64,000 bases of DNA from assembly GCA_963518035.1 (NCBI GenBank), contig CAUQIK010000004.1, positions 3,499 to 67,498 on the forward strand, read 5' to 3'. Below are positions 14,080 to 26,000 of this stretch, piece by piece. Under the pieces are notes generated by a model that was not told the DNA's origin, did no database searches, and saw only the letters and a list, made by a program, of their open reading frames with translations. The DNA comes from an uncultured Streptococcus sp. GTDB taxonomy: Bacteria > Bacillota > Bacilli > Lactobacillales > Streptococcaceae. Each line of letters opens with the position of its first letter. Within the stretch, counting starts at the first letter, position 1. The position numbers were made by a program, and so were the translations under genes.

Positions 14080-17000
14080 TTATTCTTCATCTTCTCTTTT
14101 CTTGCGAGCAATCAATCCAAATCCACTTAGGACTCCTAGAAGTCCAAGTGCAGCAAGGCTAGCATGATCTTCTGTACCTGTATTTGGAAGTTCACGTTGA
14201 CCATCCATGTATTGAGGTGTAGAAGGCTCTGCTGGTTGAGCTGGAGTTGTTGGAGTTCCATTATTATTTCCATTGTTATCTCCATTATCTGCAGGTGTTA
14301 CAGGTTGTGGAGTTTCTGGTTCTGGTTTTGGCTCAGGTTTTGGTTCCGGCTTAGGCTCTGGTTTAGGAGTTGGAGCTGGAGTTGGACCTGGGTATGGAGT
14401 TGGATTTGGTGTAGGATCCTTAGGAATGTAGTTGATTGGTGTATCTTGCGTTGGATCACCAGGTACGTCTGGTACTTCGTATCCTTTCGTTGGATCATTT
14501 GGATCAACTGGTTTCAATGGTTGACCTTCTGGGTCTACAGGGATAAATCCTGGTACATAAGGCACTTTAGGTTTATCTGTTCCTGGTTTAGTTGGATCTT
14601 TAGGATCGTTTGGATATGTGATTGGATTTGTTGGTGTTCCTGGGATATTTGGAATCCATGAACCTAACTTATCGTAAATCACTGTTTCATTGATATCCTT
14701 GATTGTATCAGGAGTTACTTGTACATCTTTAGTTGATGATTCTAGATCACCAGCTTTAGCGATGTATCCTTTCACAACTGGTACTTGGTAACCGTTGAAG
14801 ATATCATCGTTACGATCTGTTGTCCATTCACCATATGTGATTTCACCAGTTACTAAGTTAACTTTCGCTTCACGAGTGAACTTGATTGTTTCAACACGAG
14901 TTTCAGAAACTTCTTTTCCGTTACGATCTACATACTTGATCGTACGTGTAGCAGCTTTCTCAGTTACAAGATCTTTCACAGTATTTGGCCATACTGGGCT
15001 GTTTGGATCGTTAGGGAATACTGGTTTACCTGGTTCTGGTGTAGATGGTGTTACAGGTGTTCCATCTGGATTCTTCGGTAAGTTTGGATCAGTTGGATCT
15101 ACTGGTTTACCTGGTGTAACTGGAATAATTCTTTCAGCTACTGTTACAGTGAAGATTTGATCTACAGATTTATCTTTATCAAATACTCTGTCTGTATCTT
15201 TAGATGGGAACTCATTCTTAACGACTCTGTAACCAGCTTTTTCAAGTTTTTCAATAGTCTTAGTTACTTCATCAACTTTAGACTTAGTGAAGTTCGCTCC
15301 TGAATCACCTTCATCAATTACTGGAGTTGATACTACTTTACCTTTTTCATCTACGAAGTTTGTGATAGCTTTTTGTTTATCAGTTACGTAAGTGATTGGC
15401 GTATCAGTTCCTGGATCTGTTGGTACTGGTGGTACTTCATATCCTTTAGTTGGATCGTTTGGATCTACTGGTGTTAATGGAACTAGTGGGTTATCCGGAC
15501 TAATTGGTTTAGTTGGATCTTTTGGCACCACCGGTGTAGTTCCTGGGATATAAGGCACTTTAGGTTTATCAGTTCCAGGTTTAGTTGGATCTTTTGGATC
15601 GTTTGGATACGTAACCGGAGGAACTGGTGTAGAACCTTCTGGTACTTTTGGAATCCATGAACCAAGTTTAGTGTAGACAACTTCGATATTTTCATCTTTA
15701 GAGTCTGCAGTTAATCCTGTTGTAGCTGCTACTTCTTTTTGTTTAGCATCTTTCAGGATGTAGCCTTTAACTACTGGTGATTCAACTTTATCGAATGTTG
15801 TATCTCCATCTTTAGCTGTCCAGTTACCGTAAGTGATTTCACCTGTTACTGAATTGATCTTAGCTTCACGATTGAATGTAACTTTATCAGTTACTTTCTT
15901 AGCTACTTCCTCACCTTTTTCGTTAACATACTTAATTGTACGGTTCACGTGGCGAGTTGTATCAATCTTCTTGATTAGATCTTCAGTCCATTTTGGTCCA
16001 TCAGGGTTCTTAGGATCGATTGGATCACCCGGTTTTGGTTTATTTGGATCATTTGGATTTTCTGGATCTACTGGTTTGATTGGCTCAACGTGTGGTGTAA
16101 CTGTAACTACAAAGCTTTGATCAACTTTTGTATCTTTATCGTAGTTCTTATCTGTAGCTGTTGTGAATCCGTCACTTACTAGGTCATATCCTAGAGCTTT
16201 CAATTCAGCAAGTTTAGCTACTGTACTGTACTCGATTGGTTCTCCAGATTTACCTTCTAGGTTATCTGTGTGAAGTACTGTTCCAGTTCCTTCTACCACA
16301 TAAGTTACTTTTGCTTTCTGAGTATCTTTCTCATAAGTGATTTCAGTATCTTCTGTTGGGGTTTCAGGTGTTGGTGGAACATATCCTTTACTTGGATCGT
16401 TTGGATCTACTGGTTTCAGTGGGTTTCCATTTGGATCTTTTGGTGTAGTTCCTGGTACGTAAGGAACGATTGGTCTATCGTTTCCTGGTTTAGTTGGATC
16501 GTTCGGATCATTTGGATATGGAAGTGGATCAATTGGTGTTTCACCTTCTGGTACTTTCGGTACCCATGAACCAAGTTTAGTGTAAACTACTTCGATGTTT
16601 TCATCTTTAGAGTCTGCAGTTAATCCTGTTGTAGCTGCTACTTCTTTTTGTTTAGCATCTTTCAGGATGTAGCCTTTAACTACTGGTGATTCAACTTTAT
16701 CGAATGTTGTATCTCCATCTTTAGCTGTCCAGTTACCGTAAGTGATTTCACCTGTTACTGAATTGATCTTAGCTTCACGATTGAATGTAACTTTATCAGT
16801 TACTTTCTTAGCTACTTCCTCACCTTTTTCGTTAACATACTTAATTGTACGGTTCACGTGGCGAGTTGTATCAATCTTCTTGATTAGATCTTCAGTCCAT
16901 TTTGGTCCATCAGGGTTCTTAGGATCGATTGGATCACCCGGTTTTGGTTTATTTGGATCATTTGGATTTTCTGGATCTACTGGTTTGATTGGCTCAACGT

Positions 17001-20000
17001 GTGGTGTAACTGTAACTACAAAGCTTTGATCAACTTTTGTATCTTTATCGTAGTTCTTATCTGTAGCTGTTGTGAATCCGTCACTTACTAGGTCATATCC
17101 TAGAGCTTTCAATTCAGCAAGTTTAGCTACTGTACTGTACTCGATTGGTTCTCCAGATTTACCTTCTAGGTTATCTGTGTGAAGTACTGTTCCAGTTCCT
17201 TCTACCACATAAGTTACTTTTGCTTTCTGAGTATCTTTCTCATAAGTGATTTCAGTATCTTCTGTTGGGGTTTCAGGTGTTGGTGGAACATATCCTTTAC
17301 TTGGATCGTTTGGATCTACTGGTTTCAGTGGATTTCCATTTGGATCTTTTGGAGTTGTTCCTGGAACGTGAGGAATCACTGTTGTTGGTGTTCCTGGTTT
17401 AGTTGGATCTGTTGGATCGTTTGGATATTGAGGTTTCTCAACTTTTGGAACTTCGAATCCTTCTGGTACTTTTGGTACATATTTACCTAGTGGTGTGTAA
17501 ACAACATTTACTACAGAATCAGCTGCATCGTGAGCTACGTTCTCTACTTTTTCAGCTGCTTTAATATCCGCAACGTATCCGTCGATAACTGGTGATGTTA
17601 CTTCAGCTAATGTTTGAGGTTCAGTCCAATCAGAAGTATAAGTGATTTCACCTGTTACTTTGTTTAAATCACCTTTACGAGAGTAACGAAGTTTTTGTTC
17701 TACAGTAGCTGCAGCTTCTTGACCACGTTTAGCTTCTTCTACTTTATCAGTATTAGCGTATCTGTAGTTGATTGTACGATTTACTTCATCTAGTAATCCT
17801 AGTTGTTCGTATGTACGTTGTTTTGGATCTCCAGGTACTTTGTCTCCTGGTTTTGGAGTTGTGTTTGGATTGTTTGGATCTAGCGGTTTATCTGGATCGA
17901 TTGGAGTGATTCCCTCTTTAACGATTACATAGTAAACTTGACTAATTCCATCATTACCTTTGTCATCCTTGTCATCAAATGTACGGTTAGCTTCTGCGTA
18001 GAATGCTACACGTTCTGCTGTATAAGCTGCATCAGTTGGAGCAACAACTTCATAACCTTTAGCTTCTAATTCAGCTTTAACGTTATCAATGTTTGTTGTC
18101 TTGATTGCTTTACCTGTATCTCCTGCTTCCGCAACTGATACGTGAACTGCAGTACCATCCTCTTTAATGAAGTGAACTAGAGCTACTTGAGAACCATCTT
18201 TAACATACGTAATTGTAGTGTTTTGAGTTGGATCTTCTGGCTGTTTCGGTACTTCATATCCTTTCGTTGGATCGTTAGGATCTTTCGGAGTTAATGGTTT
18301 ACCGTTTGGACCTACTGGTGTTGTTCCAGGGATGTATGGTACTACTGGAGTTTCAGTAGGTGTTCCTGGTTTTGTAGGATCTTCACTGGTTGGATCTTCA
18401 TATGGTTTTGGTGTTAAGTCAGCATCCGCTGGAGGTGTTACTCCTTCTGGAATTACTGGCACATATGAACCAAGTTTGCGGTAGATGATTGTTTCTTCGC
18501 TATCTTTATCAGTAGCTTTAACCTCTGTACGCTCTGTAGATTTAGCTGCTGAAGCTACATATCCTGGTTTGTTTGGAGTTGTTACAGCGTCGATTGTTGT
18601 ATCATTGTCTTTAGCTGTCCATGTACCAAAGTTAGAGATTGCTCCTGTTACTGGATCTAAGTCAGCTGTACGAGTAAATGTTAATGTTTGTACATTGTCA
18701 GGGATACCTGCATCTGATCCGTCAGCTAGTTTGTAGTGAACTGTGTGTGTTACTTCTTCGATTAATCCTAATTCTTTGTAAGTACGTCCTTTTGGATCGT
18801 TTGGTACTTTGTCTTCAGGTTTAGGAGTAACATTTGGAGTATTTGGATCTACTGGCTTACTTGGATCGATATTTGCTGGTTTGGTAGTATAGATTACTGT
18901 TTCAGTAATATCCTCAGCAGTTGCTGTTACTTCTGTCGCTGGTACAGTCTCTTTATCTGGAGTGAAGTTTGTAACTTTTGGTGAAGTTACAGCTTCAAAT
19001 GTTTGAGCTGGTGACCATTCTCCGAATGTAACCTTACCAGTTACTGGATTGATAGTTGCTGAACGTTTGAACTCTTTAGTTTCTTGTACTGAATCAGCAG
19101 CCTTTGAACCATCTGCGTAAACATACTTGATTGTACGTTTCACTTCCTCTTTACGTCCGTCTTCTAACTCTTTGATTAACTCTGGAGTCCATTTTGGTCC
19201 TGTTGGATTATTTGGATCGATTGGTTGATCTTTCGTTGGAGTTGGATCGTTTGGATTTACAGTAATTGGCTTAGCAGTTACTAAAACTTTGTATACTTGG
19301 TTAGTCTTAGAATCTGCATCGAATGTACCATCTGTTGGGTAGTTGTTTTCAACAACTGTGTATCCTTTAGCTTTAAGTGCTTCAATTGTTGATGTTACAT
19401 CAGCAGCTTTAGTGAATGCTTTACCTGTATCACCAGTATCTACTACTGATTCTGCAACTGCACCTTTTTCAGTCTTATCCGTTTCACTGTTTACTTCGAT
19501 GAAGTGAACAACCGCTACTTGTGATCCATCTTTAACATAGGTAATTGTAGTGTTCTCTGTTGGATCTGTTGGTAAGCCTGGTACTTCATATCCTTTGCTT
19601 GGATCGTTAGGATCTTTCGGTGTCAATGGTTTTCCATTTGGTCCTACTGGTGTTGTTCCAGGGATGTATGGTACTACTGGTGTTTCAGTAGGTGTTCCTG
19701 GTTTTGTAGGATCTGCTGGAGTTGCATTTGGATATGGTTTTGGATTTAGGTCAGCATCTGCCGGAGGTGTGATGCCTTCTGGTACTACTGGTACATATGA
19801 ACCAAGTTTACGGTAGATAATTGTTTCTTCACTATCTTTATCCGTAGCTGATACATTTGTACGTTCTGTAGATGTTTTCGCTGAAGCTACATATCCATCT
19901 TTATTTGGTGTTGTTACAGCATCAATTGTTGTATCTCCACCTCTAGCTTTCCATGTACCGTAGTTAGAGATTGCTCCTGTTACTGGATCTACCTCTGCAG

Positions 20001-23000
20001 TACGTGTAAATGTTAATGTTTGTACATTATCAGCGATACCTGCATCTGAACCGTCTTCAAGTTTGTAGTGAACTGTGTGTGTTACTTCTTCAACTAAACC
20101 TAGTTCTCTGTACGTACGTCCTTTTGGATCATTAGGTACTACATCATCAGGTTGTGGAGTAACATTTGGATTTGTTGGATCTGTTGGTTTGTTAGGGTCT
20201 ACAGTTGTTGGTTTTGTAGAGTAGATTACTGTCTCTTCAAAGTCTTTATCTGTAGCCGCTACAGTTTTCGCTGGTACGTCTGCAACTGCTGGTGTTACAC
20301 CTGCAAGTGCCGCAGTGTATTTCTCAAGTGTTGGAGAAGTTACTGCCTCGAATGTTTGATCAGCTGACCAATCTCCGTATGTGATTTCTCCTGTTGCTAC
20401 ATTAATCTTACCAGAACGTGTGAATTTAAGTGTTTTAACTTTCTTATCAGCTACACTTGTTAAATCAGACTCTGCTACTGGAGTACCATCTTCGTATACA
20501 TACTTAATAGTACGTGTTACTTCTTCTTGTACTTTTACAGCGTTGATTAAGGCTTCAGTCCATTTTGGTCCATCTGGATTATTTGGATCGATTGGTGTTA
20601 CACCTGGAGTTGGTTTTGGATTGTCATCACTTGATGGTTTTGTTGGATCAAATGATGGAACATCAACTACTTTAGCTTTGAATTTCACAACATATTCTTG
20701 ATCAACTGCTGCATCTTTATCGAATTTATCTGTTGATACAAATCCGTTATTTACTAGTTCGTAACCTTTCTTAACTAGCTCAGCAATCTTATCTGTTACT
20801 GAAGTTGCTGTTGTAGCTGGGTAAGCTGCTTCAGATTTACCTGTTACTGCGATTGGATCTGCAAGACCTGGAGTAATGACTTTATCTGTATTAGTAGGAT
20901 CTACTTCTACGAATTTAACTACAGCTTTTTGTTCCACTGGAGTATAAAGAACTGTAATCTTGTAGTCATCTGCTTCTGCATCGATTGCTGCAGTCGCTTC
21001 TACGGTAGCGTTATCTGGAACATAACCAGTTACTTCTGGAGAGTTAACAAGGTTGAATTTATCATCTTTAGCTTTTTCTGCATCAGATAAGGTAATTGCA
21101 TCGTTAGATGTTCCACCTACTGGAGTCCATGGTCCAAATGTAACGATTGATTTTTGAGCAGCTGTTGCATCTGCTGCAATTGCTTTGTTTGTGATGTGAT
21201 CGTAGTAAACTGTACGAGCTTTGTATTCTTCTGGAGAATCATATCCACTCTTATCCAATACAGCCTTATAAGTAGCGTATTCTGTTGGATATTCTTTTGC
21301 AGCTAATGTGTAATCGATTGTACGGTCACGTTCATAGTGAAGTGTTTCAGTCACTGTTGGTGCTGCTGTTGTTCCACGTTTATCTGCTGGTACATCATCT
21401 GTACTTGCATATTTGTACTCGATTGTACGTGTCACTTCTTGGGTATCTTTAATTTTACGAGTAACTTTCTTGTGACGTAGGTAGACATTGAATGCTTGAT
21501 CTACTTCTTTATCATCATCGAACTTACGTCCACCTTCAACTGGATTCCCTTGAGTATTATTTGTAAAGTCATCCGTTACTAATTCATATCCAAGGTCTTC
21601 ATATTTCTTGATTGTTTCAGCTGTTTTATAAGGAATCGCTGTATGAGATTTACCTTTAAGTGTTGTAACACCATAAGTTGTTTTCGCATCTGCACCTGTT
21701 GCAGGAGCTGGATTAGCGTTTTGAACTTCAAGAATACGAGCATCACCTGTAGCATCTAAATCGATGTATGTTACTTTAGCTTTTTGAGTATCAGCTTTGT
21801 AAACAACATACATGTCAAAGTCATCTTTGTCGTCTGAACGAACTTCTGATACTAATGGTTCATATGCTCCAACATCTTTTGTATTATCTGCTACTGGAGT
21901 ATATAATCCTACAGGTTGTTTTCCATTATGGATGTGTCCCATCTTACCATCAGCATTTGGTGTGAAGTTAGCTGTTACTACTTCAGCAGTATACCCTTTA
22001 ACTGTTGGTGAGATAATTTCTTTAAATTTAGAGTTTGCATCACTTGAAGCAGTCCATTTACCGATGATAATTGAACCTTGGTTAAACTTAGTTCCTGCAG
22101 GGATAGTATCTCCAACATTGTAAACATGACCAGATGCATCTGTAACTTGGTTAGTAGTTGTGATTGCAGAGTCAGTAGTTCCTGCTTCAGAGAAGATCTT
22201 GTAATCACGAGTATAATCAATCGTTTGTGTACGAGTAACTGGTGTGTTATCGATAGCTACGATTGGATCATTATCTTTATAAGAATCTTGACTTGCTGGA
22301 TTATCATTATCATTTTCGTATACATAGTGAATTGTACGAGTAATCGATGCTTTTGATTGTGGTTTAACTATTGGAATATATTTCGCTTTACCATAGTCAG
22401 TTCCATATTTACTTGTTACAGAATCCCCTGCTACTTTATCGTTATAGTCGATATCAGGTTGTTGTTTTACTACACCTGTACCTGTACCTACGAACTTAGG
22501 ATGTGGAGTAAATTTAATTTCACCACTATCTTGATTTAATGTGTACGTACCTTCATTTTCGATTACGATTTCTGTATCTGTTACTTTAGTATAGCTACGA
22601 GGTACTGTTGTAACTTCTCCAGTTTCAGGATCAATATGAACTGCATCTGGAAGTTTAGAACCCATTAAGTTCTCATACGTTGTTGCTTCGCGAGATCCTT
22701 TTGGAACAATATCATTGTTAGCGTTGTATGTTGTTCCGTTTAATGTGACACTCTCACCTTTCGGAACAAGCTGATCCGCTGGAGTCTCTTTCCCTAAAAC
22801 AGAGAATTTATCAGCCGTAACTTGTGGAATAGTCTCACCATTTTGATATGTTTTCTTCCATGTAGTTATTTGAGCTCCTCCAGTTATCTTAAGTGGAGTA
22901 ACAAGTTGATCACCTTTTTGAACTTTACTTCCTACTGGAATAACAACATTTGCTCCATTTCTTAAAACTGTTGTCGGCTCTGTAACTGTAGGTTCTGCAC

Positions 23001-26000
23001 CTTCTAAAATTGCTCCTGCAGGTACTGAACCAGTACCATATCGAACATTACTTACAAGTACATCTCCTGTTCCATTAACTGTCACAGCTTCAGTTTCAGC
23101 GATTCTTGTATTTGCAGGAATCTTATCAGCCGGTTTGAATGTTGCTGTGTTTCCACTAGGTAATGTTACTTCTGTTTCTTTATCAACTTTTGTATCTTCA
23201 GTATATACTTTTCCAGGAATTTCTTTTTTAGTTGCTAAAGTTGGTTTTTTAGTTTTATCTAAAATTGCAAAATTCGCTGTATACTTCGTATCTTCAATCT
23301 TATCATTTGTTACTGTTTCAACAGTTGCATAAGCAGGAATGGTTGGATTAGATTTTTGCTCGGCACCTTGTACATCTTCTGTAATTGTGTCTTCACCTAC
23401 TGGACGTACGTCAATAACAGTTGGAATATAGCTAGTATCCATTGATTTGTAGCCGTTATTTCCATTATTTACATTTTCAAGAACCTTGTCTTTTTCTGCT
23501 AGTGTAGTAGATGTTTTAGAAGCTTCGATAGTATCATTTGTTGCTTCCCAACCAGTTGAACTATTGTTATCATCCCATGCACGAACTGCAATACCTTTTG
23601 CTGTACCTACATATGCGTCTACCGGTTTAAAGGTTAAAGTAGTTTCATATAGACCATTACCAATAGAAACATTCTTACCGTTACTTGCTGGGTTTACTTT
23701 ATATGTACCTACTTCATTTCCTGCAGTATCATATTCAGTATATGTGTCAAGTAAGTATTCTGTTTTGTTATTCAATGGATTTGTAATTTTTAGACCTTTA
23801 CCGAGAACTTTATTGTTCTTATCTTTAACGGTTACATACTCTCCAGTGAATACTGTTGCACCATTACGTTCAACGAAAACTTTACCATTATCACCTTTAC
23901 GATAGTTTGATGGTAATTCGCTATCTGTTGGTGTGTACGCTTCTTCTGACGCCACTTGTTTATCTGTTAAAACAATTTTCGGTGGTAAGCTTTCATTTTC
24001 AATCTGAGCCCATTGTTTATATTTGGAATCTTTGTTTTTACCACTAGCTGTAAACATCGCATTTGTTGGTAACTTAACAGTTTGTTCACGACCTTGGAAG
24101 TCACTGGTTTCATGTTTAGTACCGCGTGGCATGTGAATCACATGTGTTTCAAAGTCTTCTACTTCCCCTGATGATGCTACACCTGTTGGTTCTAGAATTT
24201 CATCTTTAGTTAACGAAATACGTAAACGCACACCTAAGCTATCTGCTGAAGTATCTAATAATTGAGGTGTATTTTTAAATTTAATATTGTAAGTTCCGTT
24301 TTTGTTAACTTCTACAATTTCTGAAGATTCATTAAGATCGAATTTACCATTATTATTAAAATCTACCCAACCACGAACATAGGCTTTGTCATTATTGACA
24401 CCAAGATTAGCACGAACTCCTTCAAGAACATATTCATTTCCTTGTGCTTGGCGGAGTTTATACTCAGTTGCCACCGCTGGATCAAGTAATTGACTTTCTC
24501 CTTCATCGCCAAGAGTACCTTCACCTAAAGCACCAGTTGTATGGTTATAAACCCCACGGATTGGAAGCTTCGTTTGAGGATTTGCCATCTCAATAACATC
24601 ACCTTGATTCAAAAGCACACGAGTGTTATCAGCTTTTTCAATAACAGCATTTCCATTTGGTAATAATAAGTATTTACCTGTCACACCCTTATCTGTTGTT
24701 ACAATTGTTTTTCCTGATTCTAATGGTGTTTCTTTATATTTCTCAGATGTGATTAAGTCATCTAGTACCCAGCCACCTGAAGGGTCAGTTTTAGTTGAAC
24801 GGAAATCTGGATCTCCTTTAACATTACCTAAGTATGGCTGAGTAGCTGTTACCTGAGTTTTCACACCATCTTTAATAACTTCTTTGTTAAAGTCCCCGAT
24901 AATATGTTGTGCAGAGCCGTAAGATTGTGGAGCGTCTCCACCGTCATAAATCATGAAACCAATTGTTCCTGCTTGCGCACCTGCGGAGTTTAAATACATT
25001 GATAATGTTTTAACGTTTTGAGATAGAGCAATTGGTAATGAGTTTTTAGAACCCATAGATGTGTAGTTAGCTCCGAATGTATTTGTTCCATAAGCAGAAG
25101 GGTTCCCATTTTCATCTACGTTAACCCAATCTTTTGGATTATACCCTGCTTCTGCAAGACGTCCATCAGCATTAACATCACTTTGTCTACTTGGATAAAC
25201 TCCTTGAGCAGTTTTTTCATCAATGTCTTTTTGAAGGTTTAACGCCATGAATTGTTCCCATTTCGTTCCATCTGTCTCGAATTGAACAATTTCAGTACGT
25301 CCAGCTTCTTCTGCATCCGCAGCAATTACGTTAACATCTACGATACGCCCGTTATAAGTAGCAGAAAGTGCAAATGTTACCCCAACGTTTGATTCATCGC
25401 GAGACGATGTAAATGAAGTAAGCATTTCACTTCCATCTGGATTTGTTGTTGGAAGCCCAGCTTTTCTTAAGTATGACCATTGAGTATCTTGAGCTGTTAT
25501 AAGTACATCCGCTTTTCTTTCGTTACCAATTTTTTTATAAAGATTAGCTGATCCTGATGGTACAGCCTTACCATTCACATTAATATAAGTGAACCCAGTT
25601 TCTGACAATTTTGTTGCAGATAACTTTTGAGTTTCAATAGCGTCATTATAAGCTTTTACCGCTGCATGGTAAGCAGCTGCTTTTGAATAGTAGGCATCTG
25701 TATTGGCAAATGTTTCTGTTGGGTATTCTGGTAGTGTTAATGCTACACCATTTACGGAAACTGTTGGATTATTAGCCAACGTTGTTTTGTTCTTAGTAGC
25801 ATTTGCTTTGAATCTTTTGTCTTCAGCCTGTGCTTTTGCTAATTGTTTTTCCGAACCCCAATCACCATAATCACGTACAGCATTCACTGGTCCTGCTGGT
25901 GTTTTATTTGGATCAGAGTCTACTGCTTTGGAACCTAGTTTAATAACAGTTGCTGTTAAAGCATATCCTTCAACTTTCGTTTTAACATTAAACTTCATAC

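Noticed and set aside
14164..17490. Trp/Phe/Ile-rich plus-strand ORFs (e.g. 14164-14661, 16270-16569, 17179-17490)
   Set aside because: They are antisense shadows of Pro-rich repeat codons (CCA reads TGG) in the adhesin; no independent RBS or coding signal
14080..21000. Recurring short motifs such as GGATCGTTTGGATC that might suggest a CRISPR-like array
   Set aside because: All are in-frame PNDP/PKDP protein repeats with irregular spacing; no cas genes or constant repeat-spacer period
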